Positions 13,661 to 25,857 are shown, numbered from the stretch's first letter. The stretch: DNA of 64,000 nucleotides from Octopus vulgaris (GCA_951406725.2 OX597818.1:126170001-126234000); one strand, 5' to 3'. Numbers and translations are program-made. Notes: a model not told the origin generated them from the sequence alone.

Positions 13661-14070
13661 CTCTCTTTACTCTTTTATTTGTTTCAGTCATTTGACTGCG
13701 GCCATGCTGGAGCACCGCCTTTAATCGAGAAACTCGACCCCGGGACTTATTCTTTTGTAAGCCCAGTACTTATTCTATCGGTCTCTTTTGCCGAACTGCT
13801 AAGTAACGGGGACAAAAACACACCAGCATCGGTTATCAAGCAATGCTAGGGGGACAAACACAGATACACAAACACACACACACATACATATATATGCACA
13901 TATATACGACGGGCTTCTTTTCAGTTTCCATCTACCAAATCCACTCACAAGGCTTTGGTCGGCCCGAGGCTATAGTAGAAGACACTTGCCCAAGATGTCA
14001 CGCAGTGGGACTGAACCCGGAACCATGTGGTTGGTTAGCAAGCTACTTACCACACAGCCACTCCTGCGCC
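13661..14070 (-). mobile_element. SINE family A, full length
   Basis: Near-identical to 1548-1960. Confidence 0.85.
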
Positions 14071-14563
14071 GATTGTTTAATTTCTGTTTTGATTTTGTTT
14101 GTCAAAGCTGTGTCATTGTTGCATGCAACATTTTCAATGACTATTGACTTAGTCTGTTATAAAGACCCCGTTTGTCTGCTTGTGATCTTGTTGCGTGCGT
14201 GTGCGTACGTACCAGCGGGCACATGTGCTTGTCTATGTATGCATGTATATATGTATGCATGTATTCTGCATATTCATGTGTTTGTGTATATTGGTGCGCT
14301 TGTGTGTTTCTGTTTGTATGTATATAGGTATGCATGTGTGTGTTTTTGTGTGTGTATTTGTGTGTGTACCTCTGCTTCTTTGTGCATGCGTGTTTGAGTG
14401 TGCCTATGCGTATGTTTGTGTGAGCATGTACGTGCACCTATTGTGCATGCATGTGTGCCTGTATGTGTCTTTGTGTGTGGGCGTGTGTATATATGGTCAT
14501 GTGTTTCTGTCTCATGTGTGTGTGTAAGTCTGTGTGTGTGCTTCTCTGTCCGTACTACCTACG

Positions 14564-14624
<61 letters not shown>

Positions 14625-14625
<1 letters not shown>

Positions 14626-14812
14626 CTTTTTTTTTTCATTTCTCTTTTTTTTTGTTCTTTTTTTCCCTTTTACGATCCCTTTTGATCGAAAACCTACGCC
14701 ACCTTTTTTTTGTTTCTTTTGTTTTTTGGGTTTTTTTTCATCCCCCAAAAGAAAAGCTCTACCTTGTAACTTGTCCCATCTGTGTGCAGCCCTGTGTGGC
14801 CAATAAAGAAAC
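14625..14812 (+). mobile_element. T-rich 3' end of a probable L1/Tx1-type LINE inside (TATC)n
   Basis: Unique insert between TATC arrays ending TGTGCAGCCCTGTGTGGCCAATAAAGAAAC. Confidence 0.5.
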
Positions 14813-14887
<75 letters not shown>

Positions 14888-15049
14888 CTTACTTGTCTTT
14901 TTATCTACCTATTAGTTTGCCTATCTTCCCACCTATCTACCTACCTTCATAATTAAGTAACTAACAATCTATATAACCTAACCATCTAAAATCTGCCTAC
15001 CGACTTACCGACCGACCGACAGACCGACCTACCTGCCTCCCTACCTACG

Positions 15050-15100
15050 AATAACTTAATAAAGAAATAACTTAATAAAGAAATAACTTAATAAAGAAAT
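15050..15100. repeat. 16-bp tandem repeat, ~3 units
   Basis: (AATAACTTAATAAAGA)x3. Confidence 0.85.
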
Positions 15101-15272
15101 ACCTACCTACGAATGTGGCTATGTTTTGCAGATATTAGACAATATTAGACAATATCTGCAAAGTATTTTTATATGATAATTATAGTGTAAAAATTTTCAC
15201 AAATATTCTCAAAGTATCTCAAAGATAAAATTTGTATTCACTTATTTTAATGAAAATAATAGGATAGACGCG

Positions 15273-15343
<71 letters not shown>

Positions 15344-15460
15344 GAGCTATTGCAATGAATGAGAATTAGCTCTGTGGTTAAAGTGTGCGCTTGAATGTTC
15401 GATACCAAATGAAATTTTAAAACCTCATATTAATAAGAATATATTAAAACTAAAATTTAT

Positions 15461-15851
15461 GGAGTGGCGGTGTGGTAAGTAGCTTGCTAACCAACCACAT
15501 GGTTCCGGGTTCAGTCCCACTGCGTGGCATCTTGGGCAAGTGTCTTCTACTATAGCCCCGGGCCGACCAATGCCTTGTGAGTGGATTTGGTAGACGGAAA
15601 CTGAAAGAAGCCTGTCGTATATATGTATATATATATGTGTGTGTGTGCGTTTGTGTTTGTCCCCCTAGCATTGCTTGACAACCGATGCTGGTGTGTTTAC
15701 GTCCCCGTCACTTAGCGGTTCGGCAAAAGAGCCCGATAGAATAAGTACTGGGCTTACAAAGAATAAGTCCCGGGGTCAATTTGCTCGACTAAAGGCGGTG
15801 CTCCAACATGGCCGCAGTCAAATGACTGAAACAAGTAAAAGAGTAAAAGAG
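15461..15851 (+). mobile_element. SINE family A
   Basis: GGAGTGGCGGTGTGGTAAG head to GTAAAAGAG tail. Confidence 0.85.
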
Positions 15852-16084
15852 ATATCCTAGACATTTTAGAATATAATAAATGCTTCCATCTCATAGAACG
15901 CCAATTGATTAAAAAGCAGCTTTCGTCATTAAAGTAGAGATACGTTTCGGACGCCGAACTGGGAGAATTGTTAAAGCAACAGAAACAAATGCCTTTGAGG
16001 TAAATGTTACAACTCTTTACGTTCTAATTCTGCGGACATTAACATTGCAATTCAATTTATGGGGGTGGGGAAAATTAAGTAAAG

Positions 16085-16503
16085 TACCTATTTCTTTATA
16101 ACCCACAAGGGGCTAAACACGGAGGAGACAAACAAGGACAGACATAGGTATTAAGTCGATTACATCGACCCCAGTGCGTAACTGGTACTTAATTTATCGA
16201 CCCCGGAAGGATGAAAGGCAAAGTCGACCTCGGCGGAATTTGAACTCACCACGTAACGACAGACGAAATACCTATTTCTTTATTACCCACAAGGGGCTAA
16301 ACACAGAGGGGACAAACAAGGACAGACATAGGTATTAAGTCGATTACATCGACCCCAGTGCGTAACTGGTACTTAATTTATCGACCCCGGAAGGATGAAA
16401 GGCAAAGTCGACCTCGGCGGAATTTGAACTCACAACGTAACGACAGACGAAAGACCGCTATGCATTTCGCCCGGTGTACTAACGTTTCTGCCAGCTCGCC
16501 GCC
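16085..16503 (-). mobile_element. SINE family B tandem dimer with 15-bp TSD-like flanks
   Basis: ~186-bp body+tail unit twice; flanks ATTAAGTAAAGTACC (16074) and ATTAAGTAAGGTACC (16506). Confidence 0.85.
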
Positions 16504-16673
16504 TTATTAAGTAAGGTACCAGTCAAGTACTGGGACACTTAAATGATACTATTTACTTGATTAGCCAACCCCGTCGAAATTGTTGATCTTGAGCCTAAGT
16601 CAGAACTCATTTGGTATATACGTAAGTATATATACACTTACAATTCTGTATGTATCAATGTATATTCATATAT

Positions 16674-16872
16674 TGGTTTCAAATTTTGGCACAAGGCCAG
16701 CAGTTTTAGAGGAGTAAGTCGATTTCATCGACCCAGTGTTTAACTGGTAATTATTTTATCGACCCCAAAAGATAAAGCCGACCTCAGCAGAATATGAACT
16801 CCGAACGTAAGGACGGTCGAAATACTGCCAAGCATTTTACTCGATGTGTTAACAATTCTGCCAGCTCGCCCT
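16674..16872 (-). mobile_element. SINE family B (tail type 2)
   Basis: TTTTGGCACAAGGCCAGC...ATCGACCC...CTGCCAGCTCGCC. Confidence 0.75.
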
Positions 16873-17000
16873 CTTAATGTATATTCATTTATCAAGTCTA
16901 TTCATTATACCTTTCAATTTATTTCTTCTTTCGCTTCAGTGTCACCTGAGCTCTTCCAGCTGCAGTCCTATTTTTACTTTTGCTCTTCGGTTTAACAAAG

Positions 17001-17037
<37 letters not shown>

Positions 17038-17040
<3 letters not shown>

Positions 17041-17123
17041 AATCCAAACGGGAAAACAAAAAAACAACAACAATGGAACAATTACAGTATTATTATTAAT
17101 AGGCGCTCAGGAAATGGAAGCAG

Positions 17124-17127
<4 letters not shown>
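17038..17127 (-). mobile_element. Tail-only copy of the hammerhead-bearing short element, in (TA)n
   Basis: TAATCCAAACGGGAAAACAAAA...GGCGCTCAGGAAA resembles 53467-53550. Confidence 0.6.
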
Positions 17128-17161
<34 letters not shown>

Positions 17162-17184
17162 CATAAACATACATGCATACATAC

Positions 17185-17401
17185 AGAAACGTTAGCACGC
17201 CGGGCGAAATGCGTGGCCGTATATCGTCTGCCGTTACGTTCTGAGTTCAAATTCCGCCGAGGTCGACTTTGCCTTTCATCCTTTCGGGGTCGATAAATTA
17301 AGTACCAGTTGCGCACTGGGGTCGATGTAATCGACTTAATCCGTTTGTCTGTCCTTGTTTGTCCTGTCTGTGTTTAGCCCCTTGTGGGTAGTAAAGAAAT
17401 A
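17185..17401 (+). mobile_element. SINE family B (tail type 1)
   Basis: Near-identical to 5369-5586. Confidence 0.85.
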
Positions 17402-18007
17402 TATATATATATGTTAGTGTATATATGTATATATATGTCTGTATGTATGTATGTATGTATGTATGTATGTATGTATGTATGTTTGTATGTATGTATATAT
17501 ATATGTATGTTTGCAGCAATAGTAGCATTCTATAATAAAGTATTATTTCTCCTTTTTCAAATTCTCAATTTCTTTGTACTTCAACCAACCCAAACAACTA
17601 CACACACACACACACACACACTGAGATATACTCATCCACCTATTCACTTATATACAATCATTGACATTAACCTCCATTACATATTCATACATACTCTTAT
17701 AACCCCACCCCCACGCACAAATTCCCTTATACCTATATTCAAATAGCCACACCTGTTCAGGATTCATCTCTTCCTCCTTTCCTATGCCCTTCCCACTATT
17801 TTAGTTTTCACATATACCATATAGTCATATTACCTCCAGCCTTTATTCCCACCATCCGGCAATCATTCATCGTCTACCCAAAATTGTACCAAAACTTGAA
17901 CTCTGACCTTAGATTCAACAATTAATAGTTATTGATAACTGGTTAATAGAAAAATATATTTCTAATAGAAACAATTTGCTATTTTACCAGTTAACTATTT
18001 GGTCACT

Positions 18008-18134
18008 GGCCCAGTGGTTAAGGCAGCGGACTCGCGGTCGTAGGACCGCTGTTTCGATTCCCAGACCGGGCGTTGCGAGTGTTGATTGAGCGAAAATAAC
18101 TAAACCTCCACGAGGCTCCGGCAGAGGGTGGTGG
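18008..18134 (+). mobile_element. SINE family C, 5' part
   Basis: TGGCCCAGTGGTTAAGGCAGCGGACTCGCGGTCG...TTTCGATTCCCAGACC matches 63113-63240. Confidence 0.8.
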
Positions 18135-18256
18135 ACTTATTTTTTAATGCCTAGTATTTATTCTATCAGTCTCTTTTTGCCGAGCCGCAAAATTATGGAG
18201 ATATAAAAACAACCAAAACCGGTTGTCAAGCGGTGATGGGGTAACAAATGCAAACA

Positions 18257-18296
<40 letters not shown>

Positions 18297-18465
18297 TACA
18301 TACGACGGGCTTCTTTCGGGTTCCGTCTACCAAATCCACTCATAAGACTTTAGTCGGTCTGAGGCTATAGTAGAAGATACTTGCACAAGGTGCTACGCAG
18401 TAGAACGGAAACCCAAACCATGTCGTTTGGAAGCAAGCTTCTTAGCACACAGCCGCGCCTGCGCC
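18133..18465 (-). mobile_element. SINE family A, diverged, tail missing
   Basis: Collinear with 1636-1960. Confidence 0.75.
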
Positions 18466-18486
18466 CTTCTCTCTCTCTCTCCCCCT

Positions 18487-18544
<58 letters not shown>

Positions 18545-18568
18545 ATATTAAATTAGAGACAAAACCAC

Positions 18569-18874
18569 TTTGTAAGCCCAGTACTTATTCTATCGGTCTC
18601 TTTTGCCGAACCGCTAAGTAACGGGGACGTAAACACACCAGCATCGGTTGTCAAGCAATGCTAGGCGGACAAACACAGACACACAAACATATACACACAC
18701 ACTTATATATATATACATATATACGACAGGCCTTTCAGTTTCCGTCTACCAAATCCACTCACAAGGCTTTGGTCGGCCCGGGGCTATAGCAAATGACACT
18801 TGCCCAAGATATCACGCAGTGGGACTGAACCCGGAACCATGTGGTTGGTAAGCAAGCTACTTACCACACAGCCA
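18569..18874 (-). mobile_element. SINE family A fragment enclosed by a 23-bp inverted repeat
   Basis: Matches 1645-1950; flanks TATTATATTAAATTAGAGACAAA (18541) / TTTGTCTCTAATTTAATATAATA (18879). Confidence 0.8.
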
Positions 18875-19051
18875 TCTCTTTGTCTCTAATTTAATATAAT
18901 ATAATATAATATAATATAATATAATTTAATATAATATAATATAATATAATATAATATTTTACTATAAAATTGGATTCAATCCTAAATCTGATTTTTCCCT
19001 GTAAGTTTGGATTTATTCCCTAATATTTATATATATATATATATATATAAT

Positions 19052-20078
19052 ACACAGCTTTATTTTGAGATTGCTAGTGTTAACAATACTCACAAATAAA
19101 ATAAAATACAGACTGGAGTTGTAGTGCTCCAAGTGAGCTATATTCCACTTCTTAACTTCAACGAAGCAATGCAAGCGGAAACTAGAGGAATATAATTAAG
19201 ATCCTCACTCGAAAATAAAATACATACATATATTCGTATATTCTTCCACATTTACAAAACGGATATATAAATTCCAAATATATAAATTAAAAAATATAAA
19301 AATATAAATATATACATACTAAGAGACCTGCATGGGGTGGATGCAGATGTCTTTAAAGCGAAACTGGATCTCTTCTTGTCAGGTATCCCAGATGAACCAA
19401 CTTCACGGCAGGAGGTGCAGATGAGGGCAGCTACATCGAACTCTCTCATGCACCAAATGGCAGTTGCTAAAAAGCATTCGTGAAGTAAAACCATGTAGCA
19501 ACACCAAATGGCGGTACCCCAGCATGGCCACAGCTCGTGAGCTGAAACTAGAATCAATCAATCAATCAATCAATATATAAATATATATAAATAGATAAAA
19601 ATTGGTGTTATACATAAAATTGGTGTTATACATGTAATTGTATAATAGTATTTCTGTATTTGTTTTTGTATATTATGCTTAAATATATCCCGAAGAAGGG
19701 AGTGTCAGTTTTAGCAATAAGAAATATATCATATTACTTGGCACGTCTCTGAAACGGCCCGTAAATGGAACTTTAAATTTTTGTATTATTTTTCAGGAGA
19801 TTTTAATACGTACTTTTAATTTTTTTATCATCCAAAATTTTTAATTACACCAATGTTTTATCATTTTTAAATATAAATTCACGGTTTTTTATGTATAACA
19901 CCAATTTTTATTTATCTATATATTCATATTTTTATATTTATATATTTAGAATTTATATATCCGTTTTGTAAATGTGGAAGAATATATGAATATATGTATG
20001 TATTTGATTTTCGAGTATGGATCTTAATTATGTTTCTCATGTTTCCGCTTGCATTGCCTCCGTTGAAATTTAGCAGTG

Positions 20079-20085
<7 letters not shown>
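19052..20085 (+). mobile_element. Asymmetric fold-back element (PLE-like) with a hammerhead-like motif in the spacer
   Basis: 19145-19619 (excluding a LINE insert) is a diverged reverse complement of 19887-20080; CCGAAGA-long stem-GAAACGGCCCGTA at 19690-19763; (TA)n on both flanks. Confidence 0.65.
19321..19574 (+). mobile_element. 3' end of a CR1/L2-group LINE with (AATC)n tail
   Basis: Translates RDLHGVDADVFKAKLDLFLSGIPDEPTSRQEVQMRAATSNSLMHQ...stop, then a short 3' UTR and (AATC)n. Confidence 0.75.
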
Positions 20086-20120
<35 letters not shown>

Positions 20121-20399
20121 CTTGAACAGAAGGACGACAAAGGAACGGAAAATGTTTTGGCTAAATATATGAACATGCTTTTAGTTCGTTATTTATCGTC
20201 CAAAAATCATTACAATTTCATGCCTTTAACTATAATGTTGTTCATTTTGGTGGTGCTGGCCGGAACAATGGACAGTGAGGACGGAACAAACGTAGAGGAC
20301 AGGTGTTTGGTACGATTATTGATATACAAACAAAATAAAGTTTGTACGCCTAAGACTGTGTAGAAGTAACGCAACGAGAAATGAGGACTTACAGGATTC

Positions 20400-20479
<80 letters not shown>

Positions 20480-20482
<3 letters not shown>

Positions 20483-20711
20483 GCTGGACACGTCGCCCGG
20501 CTCACCGATAATCGGTGGTCCCGCGCAGTTGTCGAGTGGTATCCACGCGAGCGGAAACGACCACTCGGAAGGCCTCCACGACGGTGGAGTTACAATTTCA
20601 GGAGGACGATTGGGATCACGCGGATGAGAAAAGCACGATCCAGAGAGGAGTGGACAGCGTGCTGTGACCAGCGGTGTCAAATGGCGCTCGACGGACTGGT
20701 CAGTCAAGGTG
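20480..20711 (+). mobile_element. 3' end of an RTE-clade LINE in (TA)n
   Basis: WAGHVARLTDNRWSRAVVEWYPRERKRPLGRPPRRW, the characteristic RTE ORF2 C-terminus. Confidence 0.85.
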
Positions 20712-20744
<33 letters not shown>

Positions 20745-21609
20745 TACACTTATCTATATATACACTCACACACACATTATATAGGTATGTATAAGTTCAC
20801 TTCCGTGTAGAGTGGTTCAGTATTTTCTCTGACATATAACCATATTATCACTGTTACTGATATTATTGCAATTCTGGGTGTTTATGTGACCTCCACAAGG
20901 AAGTGTAGTGCAGATAAAAACACTACTTTCAATGAACAGCGGAAGTCACGTAGATGTAATCGGATTCCACTTAGAGGTATCATTCAAGCCTATAAACATT
21001 GTGTGTATGTATGTGTGATTATATAAGCACCTTTCCGGCGCTCAAAATTACTTTGTTCGTATAGTGACATTAATAAACCCCATAAAGTATCTCTCATAAA
21101 AGAAATCCTAACAGTCAATTTACTACAGCCTTATGAAGTCCTTCGTGGCAGATCCAGTAATGAGGTATTTAGGTTTAACCTCAACTAAATGACTTTTTTA
21201 GGTGCTGTTTAAGAGGAGCTCAACAAACCGTAAAGATAATTTATGAGTCCTGAGTTCTTCCTCCGTTCTCTAAAACCCTGCAAAATGTCGGCCAGTTAAA
21301 AATAACGATTCTAAGCAGTCGCTAGACCTACAAAAATAGTAACGAAATAAAATCTCACTTGAATTATAACCCTAGATTTGCTCAATAATGCCTTACCTGA
21401 GGCTAATGATGATGATGATGATGATCATCATCATCATCATCGACAGAAACAACAGCAACAATATAAACAAAAACGCTCCAAAAAGTCATGAATGCTGTTC
21501 TTCCTCCTCTAAGTTATATTTCTGCCGGCCCCGAGAAAGCAACATTCGAATCCAAAGCTACAGTTTTCGGTGAAGCTAATAACTGTTTGTAACTTAGATG
21601 AGAGACGGT

Positions 21610-22680
21610 TTTTCGATTAAATCGACTCCGGTACTTAATTGGTAACTTGAAAGCATGAAAGTGAAAGTTGATCTCTCCAATATTTGCACTCAGAACTTAA
21701 TAGAAACGTAACTAAATAACGCTTTCTACTATACGCACAAGAGAAGTGGGTGAGGGTTTGGGTAGGGGCAGTCGATTACATCGAGCAAAGTACTCAAATG
21801 GAACTTATTTCGTCGACCTTGAAAGGATGAAAGACTAAGTCAGCCTTGGCGGAATTTGAATTTAGTGCATAAAGTCGGACGAAGTATCGCTAAGCATTTT
21901 AGTTCGGCGCCTTAACGATTCTCCCAGCTCATCGTCTTGAAACGAAGCTAAAATTATGATTTAAGATTTTGTCACAAGGCCAGCAATGGCAGGGAAGTGG
22001 GCTAGTCGATTATATCTATGCCAGTGTTCAACGAGTACACATTTCGTCAGCCCCGAGGGGATGAAAGACAAAGTCGACCTTGGCGGGATTTGAACACAGA
22101 ACTGAAAGACATTTTGTCCGGCGCGGTACCAATTTTGCCAGCTCGCCGCCTTAAAGAACACCGCCTTAATTTTGGGGTAGAGGTTCAGTCGATTACATCG
22201 TCCTTAGTACTCAACTGGTACATAATTTATCGACCCCCGAAAGGATGAAAGGCAAAGTCGAACTCGGCGGAATTTGAACTAAGAGTGTAAAGACAGACGA
22301 ATAGCCGCTAAGTAATTTTTCCTCCGTGCTAACGATTCTGCCAGTTCACCACCTTACACTATCTAAATAATGACAGTTTTTTTTTTTACTAAATTCTTCA
22401 TAATTTTCAAAATTATGTGTATTTCAACAGAAATATGAGATAACAAATGTAGGGGTGTTAGAATACTTTTAATCAATTTTGAATGAAATTAAAATAATTC
22501 TTTCTACATAAGGCCTCAAGGCCTGAAATTATGGGGAGAGTAATAGTCGATTACATCGATCCCAGTACTCAAATAGTACTTATTTTATCGACTCCGAAAG
22601 GATGAAAGGCAAATTCGATCTCGGCGGAGTTTGAACTCAGAACGTAAAGACGGGCGAAACGCTGCAAAGCATTTTCTCTG
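21610..22680 (-). mobile_element. Cluster of ~5 co-oriented diverged SINE family B copies
   Basis: GATGAAAG(G/A)CAAAGTCGA..GGCGGAATTTGAA variants near 21655, 21826, 22060, 22244, 22600. Confidence 0.8.
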
Positions 22681-22777
22681 GACAACGAAGCTAAAATAAT
22701 GCAAATAATGTTATCCCAGAGTTCTACCGATCTACAGAGCTTGGGATAGCTTATGAAGACGATGGTGGTTGTGGTGA

Positions 22778-22950
22778 AACTCCGTCGTTCGACGACGAGG
22801 TTTCAGTTGCTCCATCAACTGAATTACCAGCTCCTTGAATACATGCGTAAGTAGCTGAGTATTCCGCAGACCTGTGTACCCTTAATGTAATTCTCATGCA
22901 GAATTAGCCAGCATAACACGTGTGACAAGGTCGTTCTTTTGAATCACAGA
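22778..22950 (-). mobile_element. SINE family C, degenerate 3' part
   Basis: ACTCCGTCGTTCGACGACGAGGTTTCAGTTG...GTGTACCCTTAATGTA...GTGACAAGG is the reverse complement of the family C tail. Confidence 0.6.
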
Positions 22951-23507
22951 TAGAATCCACCTAATGGGCTTCTATACAGATTTTTGCCTAACCCATTTCA
23001 TTTGTAGAGAGAGTACTAAAAAGATATTTCTTCAATGGATTCGAGCCAGAGACTTCGGCCATGGTGAAGCTAATAACAAGCAGGAAAAAACAAAACAGAC
23101 ATACATACGCAAAAGGAATACATGCATTGGTGCCAGCTCATTTGCTTATATTCCTTATTAATTTTTGGCCTTGTGCCAATGTAAGAATCTGGAATTATTA
23201 GCACCATCGCGTCACCTTAGATTAATTTTTTTTCTTTTCACTCATGCCACATTCCTGAAATAAGGCAAAATAGCAGCCCTTCATCTTTTCTCACACACAG
23301 ACACTGCTTTCCACCGTCTTGCTACTTTTATAATTATAAGCATTATAACGCTACTAACGATATAGATTTTCAATTTGACCGTTCGTGCTACATTCCTACC
23401 TTGAATTCCCATCAGGCACTTTATGCTTTTCTCGTCTTCGTATTTATCTTGACCTCATCCAGCATTCAATTTGGCACTGGTATGTCGTAAGTTTATTGAG
23501 TGAAGCG

Positions 23508-23524
23508 TGTATATATACATATTC

Positions 23525-23556
<32 letters not shown>

Positions 23557-23875
23557 GCATACACACATATATATAGATAGATATGTAAATACATATATAT
23601 ATATATATAAATATATATAGATATATATATATATATGTACATACATATATATATATGTAGATATATATTTATATACATATATATATATTCACATATATAT
23701 ACATATATATAATGTATTTATATATATATATATATGCGAATATATATATATACATGCGTGTAGTTATATGTGTGTGCGTGTGTATACATATGTATTTATG
23801 TTTATATATATCTAGATTTATATGTACGTACATAGATACACACACACACATATATATGCATACATATATATATAC

Positions 23876-23933
<58 letters not shown>

Positions 23934-23961
23934 GCGTATGTTGATATATATAAATGTATGC

Positions 23962-24012
<51 letters not shown>

Positions 24013-24087
24013 TATATATATGTATGCATATATATGTATATATATATATATGTGTATATATATAAATATATGTATATATATATATGT

Positions 24088-24149
<62 letters not shown>

Positions 24150-24164
24150 TTATATATATACATG

Positions 24165-24200
<36 letters not shown>

Positions 24201-24212
24201 CGTGTGTGTGTT
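23508..24212. repeat. Long compound (TA)/(CA)/(TG) microsatellite
   Basis: Seen directly. Confidence 0.95.
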
Positions 24213-24754
24213 GTAGTGAAAATAGTACACACCTTCCCACTCTAGCCAGCCACAATAAAGTCAGACAATCAGTAGTTGTAGGAAGTCAGGAGTAGTAGAG
24301 TCGTTGTACAAGTTCTCAGCTGGAGTCAGCGTCAGTTACGTGATATATACGAGTTCGAGTTACCATCAAGGAAGACATTACAAAGTCGTTGTCTTGCGGA
24401 GCCATCAGCGATAGTAGGATTGACGATTCAATGATAATAAGACACAAAACACTGCCACAACATAATAGGGGTGACAAGAACATTACAGTGCCGACAACAA
24501 CAAACAGGTGAACGAGGACCCACATTGCAACAATATATATACACTCTTCATAATATGAGTGTGTGTTGTTTAACCTCGTGTCAGTTTTGGTCACACAGAT
24601 TTCTGATTAAAACCATTCTTGCCACGACTATCACTTCTTTCCATACAATATCATCCAAGTTCTAAAGACAGCAGTGTGTGATTTGAGAGATATTCGTCTT
24701 CTGTTTCAAGCAAGTCCAGCGACTGCTGAGAGGTGACCAGTGTTGTTTTACCAC

Positions 24755-25145
24755 TCTTCTTCTTCTTCTTCTTCTTCTTCTTCTTCTTCTTCTTCTTCTT
24801 CTTCTTCTTCTTCTCCTCCTCCTCCTACCCCTTCTTCTTCTTCTCCTCCTCCTCCTACCCCTTCTTCTTCTTCTCCTCCTCCTCCTACCCCTTCTTCTTC
24901 TTCTTCTTCTTCTTCTTCTTCTCCTCCTCCTCCTCCTCCTCCTACCCCTTCTTCTTCTTCTTCTTCTTCTTCTTCTCCTTCTTTTTCTCCTCTTCCTTCT
25001 CCTACCCCTTCTTCTTCTTCTTCTTCTCCTCCTTCTCCTATCCCTACTTCTTCTACTTCTTCTTCTTTTTCTTCTCCTCTTCCTCCTCTTCCAACCTCTT
25101 CTTCTTCTTCTCCTCCTCCTCCTTCCTCTTTTCTCTCTCTCTCTG
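24755..25145. repeat. (TCT)n/(CCT)n polypyrimidine block with 27-bp higher-order units
   Basis: Repeated TCTTCTTCTTCTCCTCCTCCTCCTACCCC. Confidence 0.9.
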
Positions 25146-25181
<36 letters not shown>

Positions 25182-25478
25182 TCACACACATAAACGTTAT
25201 TTGTGTTACACTTCATTTCAACTACTTTCTACAGTCTATTATTTATGTCGGTAATATTTCGACATAAACTACCCTATTCTTAGCTTGAAAATTATTATAT
25301 CGCCTCAGATGCTCTGCGGACTTTGTTCTGTCAATATGACTCCTGCTTAGTCATTTTACCGTTGTACGAAGAATGTTAAGAAGAGGAAGATGATTAAAAG
25401 GAAGACTAACAACAAGATGAAGATAACGAAGAAGGCGGTGGAGGAAGAGAAAAAGAAAAGGGTAAATAACATAAGAAC

Positions 25479-25479
<1 letters not shown>

Positions 25480-25510
<31 letters not shown>

Positions 25511-25857
25511 ATAGTAGTAGTAGTAGTAGTAAAGAAGAAAAAGAAGACGATGAAGAGGAAGAAGGAGAAGTAGAAGAAGAAGAAGAAGAAGAAGAAGAAG
25601 AAGAAGAAGAAGAAGAAGAAGAAGGAGAAGGAGAAGAAGAAGAAGAAGAAGAAGAAGGAGAAGAAGAAGAAGAAGAAAAGGAGGAAGAAGAAGAAGAAGA
25701 AGAAGAAGAAGGAAAAGAAGAAGAAGAAGAAGAAGAAGAAGAAGAAGAAGAAGAAGATGAAGGGGTAGGAGAAGAAGAAGAAGAAGAAGAAAAAGAAGAA
25801 GAAGAAGAAGAAGAAGAAGAAGGAGAAGGAAAAGAAGAAGAAAAAGGAAAAGAAGAA

